Shown: positions 47,976-64,000 of the stretch, piece after piece | Layout: each line of letters starts with the position of its first letter | Position numbering within the stretch: position 1 is the stretch's first letter | Origin: the human T2T-CHM13v2.0 reference genome, Homo sapiens | Strand: one strand, 5' to 3' | DNA length: 64,000 bases | Assembly: GCF_009914755.1 (NCBI RefSeq) | Contig: NC_060929.1 | Program-made: the position numbers and the translations under genes | Notes under the pieces: model-generated | Told to the model about the DNA's origin: nothing | Databases searched by the model: none | Seen by the model: the letters and a program-made list of their open reading frames with translations, nothing else

Positions 47976-49862
47976 AAATACACTGTGCTTCTGGCTAGCA
48001 CAGCTTTGCTCATATAGCAGGTCTCTCTATCCATTGAATTCCACAGATAATTCAGGGATGAAAAGAGGCTGACTATGGGTACAAACATACAGTTAGATAG
48101 AAGATGTAAGTTCTAATGTTCAGTAGCACAGTAGGGTGCCTATAGTTAGCAACAATGTCTGGTGTATTTCAAAGTAGCTATAAGAGAGGACTAAAAATGT
48201 TCCCAATATACAGAAATGATAATCAAGGTGACAGATAACCCAAATACCCTGACTTGATCATTACACATTTTATACATATTTATGACAAGTACCCCATAAA
48301 TACGTAAAATGTTATATATCAATAAAATAAAAATCTATCCCTTCCACAAAGCCTTCATTTCAGCTAGAAATAATTCACCCAACAACTGTCTTTTTCAGGA
48401 CTCAATGTAGGCAAGACGCTATGTAAGGCTTGGTAGATAATTTTTTAAAAAACATAAAATCTAGGTATATATTAGACATGTGCTAAAGTCTATAACGCCA
48501 GCATTATAGTGACTATTTTGGTGTGGTAAAGACGAGTTCGTGTTATATTCAGAGAACAAAAAGATCAATTAAGACAAAGGCAATCCTAGAAGGTTACATG
48601 AGTGAAAGCAAAAAACTATAAAAGCATCATGGTGTAGGGGGAAAAACATTAATTAGAATAGTCCAAATAATAATATTATCCAATATGTAAGCATTTACTA
48701 TTTTTTAGGCATTGGCCAAGGAGTGTATATGTTATTTCAATATAACACTGAACAACACTCAGAACGACCCTAAGACACAGACACTATAAATATCTCCACT
48801 GTACAGATGAGGAAATGGAGCTTTAAAAAGGTTAAGTAACTCGCTCAAAGTGATATAATTAGTAAGTGGTAGACAGAATCAGGCAATTTGACTCCAGAAC
48901 TTGTTCTCCTAACTACCATGCCGCCCTACCCAGGCTCTAGTTCTAGCTATGCCACATAAGAATCTGGTAAACTTAAGTAAATCTTACTTTATCTGATCCT
49001 TGTATCCTTCTTATATAAAATAGGGATAACAATGTCTGTTCTGTCAACCTAAAAGGTCTGTCATAAGGAACAGGAGAATATAAGTGATGGAAACTAGAAA
49101 CACTATTTCAATGTATGATTGGTAAGTCTTATAAGAAGTTACTGCAATTTTTAGCTTGAGGATTTGTATTTGGTTCTTTTTTAATTTCTATCTCCTTATT
49201 GATATGATCTATTTGGTGAAACACTGTTCTCCTGGTTTCCTTTAGTTCTTTGTCCATGGTTTCCTTTAGTTCCTTGAGCATATTTAAAACAGCTGATTTA
49301 AACTGTCTATTAAGTCCAATGTCTCAGCTTCCTTGGGGATAGTTACTATTAATATTATTTCCTTGTGAATGCCCTACTTTCTTGTTTCTTTGCATGTCTT
49401 GTAACTTTTTTGTTGAAAACTGGATGTTTTGAATATTATAATGTGATGCCACTAGAAATCAAATTCTTTCCCTTATCCAAGGTTTGTTGTTGTTGCTTGT
49501 TTGGGGTTGTAGTTGTTTATTTGGTTTTCTAGAGTATTTTTGTAAAGACCGTATTCTTTGTTATGCATGGTCATTGAAATCTCTGTTCAATTAGCTTAGC
49601 GGTCAGAAATTTGATAGAGATTTCCTTAAAAACCTAGAAACAAAAACAAAACAAAACATATTTTCCTGGTCTTTACAGATTGGCTTTGAACTGGGGCACT
49701 CCTTAAATACTTAGCCAGGCTATTTTCAGTTCTGCCTTAGTCTTTACTTCCTGCTTATACAGAGCCTACAGATCAGTTAGAGTTAAAAGCTTGGGGTCTT
49801 TTTGTGTATTTTCTGAACATGGGTCTAGCTCTGGATATGTGTGTGGCCTTCTGGATTTCCCA

Positions 49863-50126
49863 TTTATATATATACATTATATATATATTATATATTTTTA
49901 TATATATATATACAATATATATAATTTTATATATATAAAAAATATATAATATCTATATTATATATTATATATATATACTATATATATTGTATATATATAC
50001 ACTATATATTTTTATATATATACTATATATATTTTTTATATATATACTATATATTTTATATATATATACAATATATATATTTTATATATATATATATATA
50101 TACACAATATATGTATTTTATATATG
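49863..50126. repeat. Interrupted (TA)n AT-rich tract
   Basis: About 260 bp of almost pure A/T. Confidence 0.95.
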
Positions 50127-50509
50127 TAATTTAAGAGATGGGGTTTTGCTGTCACCCAGGCCAGAATGCAGTGGTATGATCATAGCTCACTACAGTCTCA
50201 AATTCCTGGGCTCAAGCAATCTTCCTGCCTCAGCCTCCCAAGTACCTGAGACTACAGGTACACCACCACACCCAGCAACTTCCAGAGACTTGAATGATTG
50301 GTTTTTAAAAATAGTTTTCACCACTTACACTTGTTTGCTAGAGACTGGGTCCACAGAGCTCCCTGTGCTGCCATCTCAAAAATGAACCGTACTCTCACTT
50401 ACCTTTTTAATTATTTGATTCTATTTCTATTCTTGAGCTTTGCTCTTGGGTGCAGTTAAATTACTTAAAAACAAGTTGGTCCTTTCAGGTCTTGCTTTTA
50501 AGAATTTTG

Positions 50510-51076
50510 AGCTGGGCGCGGTGGCTCACGCCTGTAATCCCAGCACCTTGGGAGGCCGAGGCGTGTGGATCACCTGAGGTCAGGAGTTTGAGACCACCCT
50601 GGTCAACATGGTGAAACCCCGTCTCTACTAAAAATACAAAAATAAGCCGGGCATGGTGGTGCGGCCTGTAGTCCCAGCTACTCCAGAGGCTGAGGGCAGG
50701 AGAATTGCTTGCTCGAACCCGGGAGGCTGAGGTTGCAGTGAGCCAAGATCGTGCCACTGCACTCCAGCCTGGGTAACAGAGTGGGAACTCGTCTCAAAAA
50801 AAAAAAAAAAAAAATTAGAGCACAATGGCTCATGCCTGTTAATTCCAGCACTTTGGGAGGCCAGGAGTTTGAAAACAGCCTAGGCAACAAAGTGAGGCCC
50901 TGTCTCTACAAAAACATGAGAATATTAGCTGGGCATGGTGGTGCACACCTGTAGTCCCAGTTATTCAGGAGGCTGAGAAAGAAGGATCACTTAGGCCCAG
51001 GAGTTCGAGGCTGCAATGAGCTATGATCATGCCACTGCACTCCAGCCTGGGTGACACAGCAAGACCCACCCCGTAA

Positions 51077-51107
<31 letters not shown>
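50510..51107 (+). mobile_element. Two tandem Alus (AluS then AluJ)
   Basis: Sense Alu consensus twice. Confidence 0.9.
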
Positions 51108-51109
<2 letters not shown>

Positions 51110-51838
51110 ATTTTTAGTTGTGACCATTGCAACATTTGGGCTAAGGCTATCTGAAGCAAGACCCTTCTGAGTACCCAATGTTCTGTGCCCCATAGAAGTT
51201 TTCCAATCTAGTTGGTGGGACTATTCACAGCACTGTGTTAGTGCATGATTGCCAGATATTGTTTTCTCTGATCCTTTCAGGTGGTTCTTTCACTGCCTTG
51301 GGTTGTTTCTTCACAAGGATGCACTAATTAGTACTTCACCGAATACTCAAGAGGGACCCTACACAGTCATCTGGAGTTCCCTCTGTGCGTAGCTCTCTTT
51401 TCTCTGGTACTCTATCCTGAAAAGTCTAGCTAATTAGGTCTCATTGGATTTCCAGTAGAGACGGGTGAAACCCCATCTGTACTAAAAATATAAAATTAGC
51501 TGGACGTGGTGGTGGGCACCTGTAATCCCAGCTACTCGGGAGGCTGAGGCAGGAGAATCACTTGAACCCTGGAGGCAGTGCAGTGAGCCGAGATCGTGGC
51601 ATTACACTCCAGCCTGGGCAAAAAGAGCGAAACTCCATCTCAAAAAGAAAAAGAAATGTCTGCATCCAGTGGACAGGGTGATTTTAGACTCTGAACCAAT
51701 GTGTGAAACACCTTGGGAATTTTATTTCTAATGAAAATCACATAGAGCCCTGAGTAAAAACAAGATTCTTTCTGTGCTTTACCTGGATCAACGACAAAAA
51801 TTTTATATTCCTTTTATCAAGGTTAAGAAGTCCTTCCA

Positions 51839-52110
51839 GCCAGGTGTGGTGGCTCACGCCTGTAATCCCAACACTCTGGGAGGCTAAGGCAGGCAGATCA
51901 CTTAAGGCCAGGAGTTCAAGACCAGCCTGACTAACATGGCAAAACTCAGTCTCCACTAAAAATACAAAAATTAGCCAGGCATGGTAGCATGTACCTGTAA
52001 TCCTAGCTACTCAGGAGGCTGAGGCACGAGAATCGCTTGAACCCCAGAGGCAGAGGCTGCAGAACCCCAGTCTGGCAGACAGAGCAAGACTCTCAAAAAA
52101 ACAAAAAAAA
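51839..52110 (+). mobile_element. Alu
   Basis: Sense Alu with a right-arm deletion. Confidence 0.9.
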
Positions 52111-53236
52111 GAAAAATTCCTTCCAGGGTCTTGGCTTTATAAAGAGGTTTTAGTTTCAGTACCTATCCCCACCTTGAACAGGGGAGCAGAGCAGGGTCAA
52201 GACCTCATCTTTTTTCCCTTCACAGACATTAAAACTCAAGTTTAGGGTTTTTTCTGTTTTTGTTTTTGTTTTAGAGACAGGATCACAATTTGTTGCCAAG
52301 ACTGGCCTCGAACTCCACCTCAGCCTCCCAAGTAGCTGGGACTACAGGTGCATGACAGCACATCGAGCTTAAAACCCAAGTTTATAACCAATGAAACTAT
52401 TTCTGAATCTGAAAATCATCTCCAGGACCACTACAACTAGTTTTTAACTTGTTGATCATTTTGGCACATGGTGAGTTCCTTGCTGGGGAGTTCAGGTAGG
52501 TATTAAATTGTTCATATTTAAATTTAACATTTCTAGGTAGTTACAGCAGAAGGTATTCTATGTTAACTAAGTCTATCATGTTTTGGGACTGTTAGTTTCC
52601 CTCCTCCATAAGTTTAGGCAAAAGTTTGTATATGTATGCAGATATGCATTATTATGGAAGAAGTCCATAACTTCAATCAAATTCTCAAATGGGTCTCTGA
52701 CCCAAACAAAGGTTAAAGAGAATTGCTTTTAACCTTTGATTCATTTGCCTAAAATTTTACAATTTAGATGCTATTTCTACAAATCCAGGAATTCTTTGAA
52801 CTTACTTTCCCTACAATATATCTGAGTGTATTTTCCATATATTTCAAGATAGTAAATCCCCATTTGTCTTCATATCTTTTCTTTATCCCTACTTACATAG
52901 ATTTTAAACACATTTTTTACCCAATGGCCAACAGAATGAAGATACTATGTATCTCCCTTGAATGTGAAAGCCCAATATACTGCAAGAAGAAGGAAGAGGA
53001 AGGGGTAGGGAGAAAAGAACTAGTCTGAAGAATTAATGTAGTACACAGAAAGAGAGCATTTTGACAAACACAATATGATGATGGTTAAGATCTGAAGGCA
53101 GGAATAAGATGTTAGCCCCAGAGAGGGGGAGCAGCACTTCTGAGTGTCCATCTGTTTTGTAAAATGACTCCTTGATTAAACCACCTAGCCTACTTGATTT
53201 TTACTCTACATACACAGGGCAAAGTGAACTGCGTAG

Positions 53237-53549
<313 letters not shown>

Positions 53550-53685
53550 AAAATTTTTAATAGTGAATAATCATAAATATATACATATATACACAAAATA
53601 TGTATATATAAGTATATCTCAAATGTCCATTACAATTCTAACATTGAAATAGTTGGAAAATTCCACATATAAATAACTAGAGTAG

Positions 53686-54057
<372 letters not shown>

Positions 54058-54314
54058 TAGGGTTTACTGAAATATACTATCTAGACAGTCATAAATAGAT
54101 TATTTCCTTGGGGAAATTATCATCAGACACATACAGGTAGAGTCAGAAAAACAACTGAAAAATATTATAATTGATAAGGCTAGTCTTCTTTTCTAAAAAA
54201 CTATGCATAGCTTAATGTTTATAGTTGACATACTGCTCTGACATTCTTAAATGAAATAAAATTCAGTATAATAGCTAGTCACTTCATTTGGTTCTTCCAA
54301 TAGCATTATTATTA

Positions 54315-54704
<390 letters not shown>

Positions 54705-55824
54705 TTAAAATGTTCCTTAAAGTGTCAGATAATTTATACATTAACAGTCAAATCTTACAAGCCTTGTCCCAAATAAATAAGATAGACTTCTATGATTTAA
54801 TCTATGTAATATGTAAGGAAAATTACCTGCCCCAATGTCCACTTGACTATGTGAGGTTTTTATTCAAAATATATTTTTTCCATATGATTCTCTGCTAGCA
54901 ACTAACAGCTGCCAATCAAGAGGAGCTGTCATAAAAGAAGTCTTACTGATATAGTAAAAAAGACAAATATGAAATTCAAAATCAATCAAACCTGAATTTG
55001 ACTATTGGCTCTGCCACTGTACAACCTTGATGAGGCTATTTACTAATCCATTTATTTAACTGAAAAAGTAGGGGAATATTATACCCAAGTCACAGGATTG
55101 TTATAAAAACTACGTGTAAAAATTCTTAGCTCTCAAAACACTAAAAAGAAGAAAAATGCAACAAACAAAAAAGTAGTAACAGCTAGAGTGAGACTGTGGT
55201 ACACAGCCCATTGTAATTGACTCTTCTTCACCTATCCTGTGAGTAAATAGGGTCCAAGCATTTCCCATATTACAAAATTAATTATGTAGCAGATACAATT
55301 TTCCACAATTTTTGTTATAGGCCTCAAGATTCTAACTAAGGCCAAGTGTTCTCAAATTTACTCATTCATTAAATTCAATCTACACCCTTCATATTCTTCT
55401 TATATGTAGGAAACATTTTATAAAATTCTCCAAAATTCCTGTAAAATCCTAGATCCTAGCAGATAGCAATGAAAAGAGATTATCAACCTCCCCGGCCTTA
55501 AATTAAAAGTCTCTTGAGGTTTGATCCCTTGAACTAAAATACTTATTAAGGCTGCAAAAGATAAAAAGATTCTACATAAAACAAAACAAACCCTAGATGA
55601 CAAAAATCTTCCTTTCTCCTGATCTAATCCTCTGGTCCCACTTTCTTCCAGTCCTGAGCTAAGGGCCCAAAAGCAAGCAATTGATTATAAATTGAAGCAA
55701 CATAATATATACCTCAAAAGTTGTTTCTATTGAGGTGTAGGTATACCCTAATGGGAAGTAGATTTACTTGCTAAGTAAGAAACAATAAAAGATTGGTGTT
55801 AGACAGTTTAATACTCCCGTCTCA

Positions 55825-56211
<387 letters not shown>

Positions 56212-56439
56212 CTATCAAAATACTTCCAAGGGAGTTAAATTTCTATCATTCCAAAATGAAGTTACACATTTGTTTTCCCTAGATACTTCCCTATGAAAAT
56301 GAATTCCTTTATTGGTAATTTATGTGGGAAATTTTCTAATTTGGTAAAAAGGGCACAAAGAGGTAGTATAACTTTGGTCTAGTCATTTAACCTAGGTAAA
56401 TAAACAATTTTTCACGTAGACCAAGTGCCCTCCTCTATA

Positions 56440-56630
56440 CCCTTGCTATTCAAAGTGTGGTCCGTAAACCAGCAGAATTGGCAATCACTTGGGAGCTTGC
56501 TAGAAATGCCAAATATCAGGCGTACTATACTCCCATATAGGATACTACTAAACCCCAGACCCAATGAATCAGAATCTGCATTTTTAACAAAATACCACGA
56601 TTTATATACACAATAAAGTTTGAGATGCAC
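56440..56630. mobile_element. MER5A-like hAT element
   Basis: caaagtgtggtcc...gaatcagaatctgcatttttaacaa. Confidence 0.75.
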
Positions 56631-56740
56631 CCCCTCTATACAATAAGTACACCTCAATACATTTGACTAAATGATCTTAAGGTCCCTTATAGTTATTTTG
56701 CATGAAAAATTATATCCAACATTAAAGCCTATATTCTTGT

Positions 56741-57061
<321 letters not shown>

Positions 57062-57260
57062 TAGAGCTGCACTCTCCCTAGCTACCCCAGTCCTCACCTG
57101 GCCCTCTCCATCTATTTATGTTAACTGCTTGGCTCCTAGTCAGCAGAATTGAAGAAGTCTGCTTTTCAGTATTTAAAAACAAATAAACAAAAAAATGTTG
57201 TCACAGGTAAAAACTCATTAGCTGAATGTTTAGGTAAAAGGAAAAAAAATGTTAATTTAC

Positions 57261-57753
57261 CTTGATGGGAAGTAGTGAGGTCCGGGTAGGAAGTAAGGGT
57301 GATGAAAAGAGAATCTTGGTGGTGTCCCGAACAGTGTGGCTGGATGGCCAAGGGGAGGGGGCTGGTAGACATGTGGGTGTGGAATGGGAGAAGCCTGGGG
57401 GATTGGAGCACTTCTGGGACAAGGGGAAACGCTGGAATACTCCCTAGGAGGTTGGATGGTCGAAGTTGCAAATCTGGCATGGGCAGTACTTGCACTACTT
57501 GAAATCCTGTTGGCGCTCTCTAGAGAGACAGGAGTGGGTTGCTTCACAGTGTGAGTGGCTTCAGAATGCAGCTGATGAGTGTCTGTTTGGGAAGGCCCAG
57601 TAAAGCGTTGGGGTGGGAGTGCTGGATAGACAGGTAGACTTGGATCCTGGACAGCCACCTGAGCAGCACTGGAGACGCTGGGCTGGAAAAGTGTGACAGG
57701 GCTTGGGCTCTGGACTGCAGGTGTGGGCAGCTGGATAGCAGGTGAGGTTTCAC
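57261..57753 (-). CDS. SOX30: SOX30 penultimate exon, 493 nt, Pro/Ser/His-rich
   Basis: Acceptor tttttatttctaaAG|GTGAAACC and donor CCATCAAG|GTaaat. Open frame GETSPAIQLPTP...PGPHYFPS joins the last exon in frame. Confidence 0.93.
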
Positions 57754-59479
57754 CTTTAGAAATAAAAATAGCATAAATCAAGAATTAACTGAGTCATTCC
57801 ATGTTTTTCTTCTTTCAGTAAAGTTTAATAAATTGTATAAGCAGAGGCCTTCATCAATCACCTTACCTAACTGCATCATCATATCAAACCACTCTATTTC
57901 ATTTGCAGCATTTTGAACAAACTGAAGTTATCTTGTTTTCTTGTTCATTTACATTTTTTGTCTCTCTCTCTCAACTAGACTCTAAGTGCCATGAGAAGAG
58001 CAACGTTTTCTGTTTCGTTTGCTGCTGTATCCCCAGGGTGAAACATTCTGTCTGGGGCAGAAGAGGCCCTCAACAAATATTTTTTAGATGAATAAACAAA
58101 TGAATAAAATTATTGATAGATATATTAAAAGACTGAAAACACATAAATGCTGGTATGCATATATACATTTAAAAATAATAATAATATGAAGCTATTGACA
58201 CTAGTTACCTTTAAGGAGCCATGATCTAAGAGAGGGGACAGGGCAGTGGGGCAGGAGGAAAAGCCAGACTTTCGTTTTATACCTACTGGTACTATCTGAA
58301 TGTTCTGTTTACCTAAATATATTAATCTTATTTTTAATATTACTAGGGGTTTCAGAGTAGCAGTATGGGTCATTTTTCTTTTCTTTTATAAACTTCTCTA
58401 TATTAAACTAAATTATAAATGACATTTAATTTTTTTCGTTGAAAAAAACTTAAACAACAAAATTACTTCACTCTATTGTATTCAATATGAATACGAAAGG
58501 AAATTTCCAAGTGAGAACAGGACTTGCCACATGTCAACCACTGGTGACAGATACAAAAGGAATACTATTGCAGCAGAGCATGAAAGATATGGCAAAATTT
58601 TTAAAGGTAGGTGAAACAATTAATGTGTTTTAGCTTTCTGTTCTGAAGAAGACAGGACTACTGATTGAGCTGCTAAGTGACCCAAATGACACACCTGGTC
58701 TAAATTTAATTCAACTTTCCTGAAGAAATACAGATGGATGCCACAGCAAGAGAGTCATGATCTAACGTATTGCAATACAGTTTCGAATCCATTAATAAAG
58801 AAGATGCAGTCCAAGAAATTCTGCGGTTGGACATGTCTCTGTCATAGACTGAAAGAAATGTGGATCTTTTCCCAGCCTCATTCAGGTGACTTCCCTCTCC
58901 TTTCTTTTCTCCAGATAAAGCAGATAATGCCCCTCTTAAAGCAGGAAGTAGGGAATTAAGGGACATAGCCACCTGTCTGAAGATGGGCTCTGACCCAGTG
59001 AAGTAGAGAAACAGGATGTAATGATGCTGCCCTGATTTTCACCTGATGAGGTTATCTGGACTAGCCCCACTATCTGTGAGGCACAGGCCCTACTCAGGCC
59101 CTTCCTGATTTATCAAGCATAGGTTAATTTCCCTTGTCCACGTTCCCTCCAAACCTTGTAAACCTATCACCTATCATGAAATAGTGTAAATCTTTGTGAT
59201 TATTTGCATGTCTGCCACCCCAACCATGATCACCAAACTGGGAGATTGAGAGCAGGAACTCTCAATTTCTATTCGTATCCCAGTATCTAGCCAGAACCTG
59301 GTTAATAAAAAATAGTTAAGAAAAGTATGAATGGATACAGCTTTATAAAAGTTCCAAAGCCTTTAAATGAATAGGAATACTCATATAAAAGGAGGATGCT
59401 GGCATAACTGGCATCAAAGACATGTAATCAAAGATCTGAAGAGAATTCCACACTACCATGCTATAAGCGAGACAGGGTA

Positions 59480-60112
59480 GTGGGGTGGCGGGGATCATCT
59501 CACCTTCACTCACGTATTTTTCCATACATGCGCACTGACCACCAGACCTTGCAGCACCACCCCCACTGACACCATACCCATTGACCAGACCTTGCAAGCT
59601 GTCTGAAAAAACTAAGATAAGCAGCATTCCACCACAAATCTTACTCAAGGGAATTAACTCTATCGCCTGCATGTGCACAAGGGCTGCATGTGAGAATGGC
59701 CTCCTGGCAAATTCTAGAATGACGATCTAGAATTAGAATGACGATCCTAACCCCTAGGATTGTAATATTAAAATCTCTAGGATTGAAATACTAAAATCTC
59801 CGCCCAGGGAGATTTTCTGATCATGATCAACATATGAGTTAGCATGATTCCTTACTTGTCTGCACACCCTGCACTCCACCTCGCATATGTAATGACACTC
59901 AGCTACCTCATGCATTATGCATATCACCCTCCTGAAGACACCATAATGCACTCCCTTGGAGAGCCAGCCAGAGAACCCTTTCTCCTGTGCTGTCTCTCTT
60001 AATACCCAATCTTTCCAGGCATAAGCCCTAACAACCCCTGTCTAGGAAAAGTTTGCCTGGCCTCTTGTTAATTTCTATTACACTGAGAGCCAAGAACTTT
60101 ACGCCAGTAACA
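59480..60112 (+). mobile_element. ERV1-class LTR remnant in a SOX30 intron, antisense to the gene
   Basis: LTR-type 3' end (aatttctattacactgagagccaagaac...taaca). 5' boundary uncertain. Confidence 0.55.
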
Positions 60113-60255
60113 TAAGCACTTTCAGAAACTAGAAACAGGGTGGGTGCCATGGCTCACATTTGTAATCCCAACACTTTGGAAGGCCAAGATGGGAGAATCA
60201 CTTGAGTCCAGGAGTTTGAGACTAGACTGGGCAACCTAGCAAGATCCCATCTCTA

Positions 60256-60679
<424 letters not shown>

Positions 60680-61064
60680 CTATCAAAGAAATAGTAAAAG
60701 TAGTTATATTTATATCTATACTTGCTACGACTACCTAACGAACTCTTTGACAGCAGAGACTACAAAAAAACTTTATATGTTGTTCCTAGCAGAGTTTGCC
60801 CCATAATAGGATTTAAGAAACCTTAGTAGTGAAGGCGGCAGGTAAGCAGGCAAACAAATGTGCCACTGGAATTTACTCAGAAGATATCTGAGATAAAACT
60901 CACTGTTACAGGGGAGAATACCAGATTAAACTGCCAGATTTCGAATATATTTACTGAATATCTTAATGTGATAAAAGTGTACTGGGAAGATCTAGTACAG
61001 GACAAGTGATCGATTAGAACAAAAAGGTTTGGTAGAATACACAGTAAAATGAAATCAGCTTGAG

Positions 61065-61447
<383 letters not shown>

Positions 61448-62132
61448 TCACAACATATTTAAATTTATGATCCTGGCTAAAGAGAAAGTCAAAAAAATCT
61501 ACGCTGGGGTTATTCAATTTTTGGAATATTGATATTGGCTAGGGAAAAAGGCTGATAGAGATTAAAATAAAAAGTTCATAGAAAAATGGAGATTATTTTA
61601 CATGACAATGCTAAAAACACAAAAGAAAGAAATGTGCCTCAAAGTCACAGTTACTATGGCTAACTGGCAAAAAAATAAATAAATAAAAAATAACAAAAAT
61701 AACAACAACAACAACAACAAAACCTTCAAAAGCTTGTCCAAATGTACAAATGAGCCCAACTGCGGTGAGGCAAATGCAAAAAAACTAGGCAGTCCAAAGG
61801 AAAATTGAAGGAGCCACACCTGAGAGACCTCAAAGTCAATACTAATTGACTCCAAATATTTTTACAAAAAGGAGAGAATCGGTGGAATTATTTAGTCATT
61901 ACGGTATAAACAGCAACTGACAGAGAACAGAGAGACTCAATAAATTCCTTTCTCCTAAAGAAGACCTTAAGATTTCTGAACCCTAATTTTCAAAGTAAAT
62001 AGGTTAAAAATATTAGATCAACTACAGTATAATGACAAGTTCAAAGAATGTTCTAATCCAATTGACAAAAGGAATATAAATAGATCTTAGATGGCATTCA
62101 CCCAAGAATTTTTTTTTTAAAGAAGAAAACGG

Positions 62133-62133
<1 letters not shown>

Positions 62134-62166
<33 letters not shown>
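62134..62166 (+). repeat. (CAA)n microsatellite
   Basis: About 11 units. Confidence 0.9.
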
Positions 62167-62173
62167 ACCTCTG

Positions 62174-62455
62174 TCCAGGCATGATGGCTCACACCTGCAA
62201 TCTCAGCACTTTGGGAGGCAGAGGTGGGCAGATCACCTGAGGTCAGGAGTTTGAAAAACCAGCCTGGCTATCATGGTGAAACCCTACTAAAACTACAAAA
62301 ATTAGCCAGACATGGTGGTGCATGCCTATAATCCCAGCTACTCGGGAGGCTCAGGCAGGAAAATCACTTGAACCCCGGAGGTGGAGGTTGCAGTGAGCTG
62401 AGGTCGCGCCACTGCACTCCAGCGTGGGCAACAGAATGAGACTTTGTCTCAAAAA
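62174..62455 (+). mobile_element. AluS
   Basis: Sense Alu. Confidence 0.9.
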
Positions 62456-63730
62456 TATATATAAATATAAATATTAAAAAATTTTTTTAAAAAACCTCAA
62501 GGGTGGAACTGAGAAAATTTTAGACAAAGTAGGTACAAATGGCTTCTGCCAGAGATTTTTAGAAAATTAACATGACTTCCAGCTATTGAAACTGATGACC
62601 TTGACAACTCTAGCTTGGTGAGTCTATTATCTACACCTGAAATGGTGGTGAAATGTATACAGTACGATATTAATGCACAAAGCTTGCTACAGAAAAAGAG
62701 CAAATTGTTTTTATATGAGAAAAATCATATACCTCACTATCTTGATATCTTTCTTCCATGGAAATACAGCAAACATGCTTGAAAAACAAAATTACCGTAA
62801 CTTCATATTTAGAATATGAAATTACTTGAAACAACAAAAAAGTATATACATTAACAACTGTATATGACAAGATATTAAAATTATGATTCCCCAAGATTAT
62901 AGCACACGAGATGTGTGCTATAATCTGTTCTAACTTAAGCTTCACAAATGATTTAGAATATTAAATATACAGTGAAATTTCCAAATTTGCAAGTGATACT
63001 GACCTCTCTAAATAATATAAAGCCAAGTTGATGAGAACAATCTATAAGAATATATTTCAAAGCCATATGATTGGGGAACAAAATAGCAGATAAATTTCAT
63101 GATTTACTGTTAAGGTGTATATCTTAATAATTCCCAAATTATGCTTATAAGATAATGTTCTCTGTTTATCTTTTGAGATGCAAGAAACAAATTTGTTTGT
63201 TTGTTTTTAGAGACAGCGTCTTGCTATGTTGCCCAGGCTAGTCTCGAACTCCTAGGCTCCCAAAGCACCAGGATTACAGGCATGAGTCACCACAGCTGGC
63301 CCAAGAAATAAATCTTTACTGACACTACATGTCACCAGAAATAAGAGATATTGTAAAAAACAAAACAAAAAACTAAGCACAAACAAAAAAATCATTCTTG
63401 TCTTAGATTTGATTACTGTTGTGCATAGCTCTGAAGTGCTTCCTATAATTCTGCCTACCATACTTAAATACAACATCATGGAGAAAGAACCCTACCAACA
63501 TTAGAAGAAATCTTCCAGTTTCTACTAAACCCTTATCTTTGCTCAGAATGGCATAAAATTAATGTATCAAATGTCAACTGTTTCAAATAAGAACGTTGTT
63601 AATTCTGTTTCTGGGAAGAGAAAATATACAGCATTTAACAGTGGGTAGAAGCAGATGTAAGTGAGGTCTTGGAAAAAGGGATAAAAAGAAGAAAATTATA
63701 TTATGAAAACAGAAATCATAACATAACACA

Positions 63731-64000
63731 GGCTGGGCATGGTGGCTCACCCTGTAATCCCAGCACTTTGGGAAGCCAAGATGGGTGGATCACTTGAGGC
63801 CAGGAGTTCGAGACAAGCCTGGCTAACATGGTGAAACCCCATCTCTACTAAAAATACAAAAATTAGATGGGCATGGTGGTGTGCACCTGTAGTCTCAGCT
63901 ACTCGGGAGGCTGAGGTGGGAGAACTGCTTGAACCCAGGCGTCAGAGGCTGCAGTGAGCCGAGATCGCGCCACTACACTCCATCTTGGGTAACGGAGCAA
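63731..64000 (+). mobile_element. Alu (cut by window edge)
   Basis: Sense Alu. Confidence 0.93.

Larger units (their letters stand above)
49140..51450 (-). mobile_element. Old L1M fragment with (TA)n tract and Alus
   Basis: Degenerate antisense L1M-like sequence. Confidence 0.55.

Noticed and set aside
57166-57774. Overlapping alternative-frame and antisense ORFs on the SOX30 exon
   Set aside because: By-products of GC-rich, Pro-rich coding sequence.
57754-57781. N-terminal part of the 174-aa ORF (MIYAIFISK)
   Set aside because: Intronic; the exon starts at 57753.

Overview
Primate (apparently human) genomic DNA, rich in Alu, L1, LTR and DNA-transposon relics. The only protein-coding gene is the 3' part of SOX30 on the minus strand: the penultimate exon (57261-57753) and the last exon (CDS 45375-45756, ending ...DSDEEEEEKVLRDL*), with an AATAAA at 44730-44735. 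The HMG-box exons lie beyond the right edge. From recalled gene order this is 5q33.3, between ADAM19 and SOX30; ADAM19 is not in the window. Also present: a 3'-truncated RPS3A processed pseudogene split by an Alu-in-Alu insertion, a 5'-truncated L1PA, and solo ERV1 LTRs. Almost all listed ORFs are repeat artefacts. I see no new multi-gene system. The most unusual signals are: (i) a 48-nt hairpin RNA retrocopy with poly(A) tail and 13-bp target-site duplication (TSD) at 32576-32676; (ii) two locally templated insertions (~300 bp and 21 bp) within 4 kb; (iii) a candidate in-frame poison exon in a SOX30 intron; (iv) an NF-kB/AP-1 motif cluster. Repeat subfamily names come from memory of consensus sequences, and repeat boundaries are approximate unless TSDs are given.
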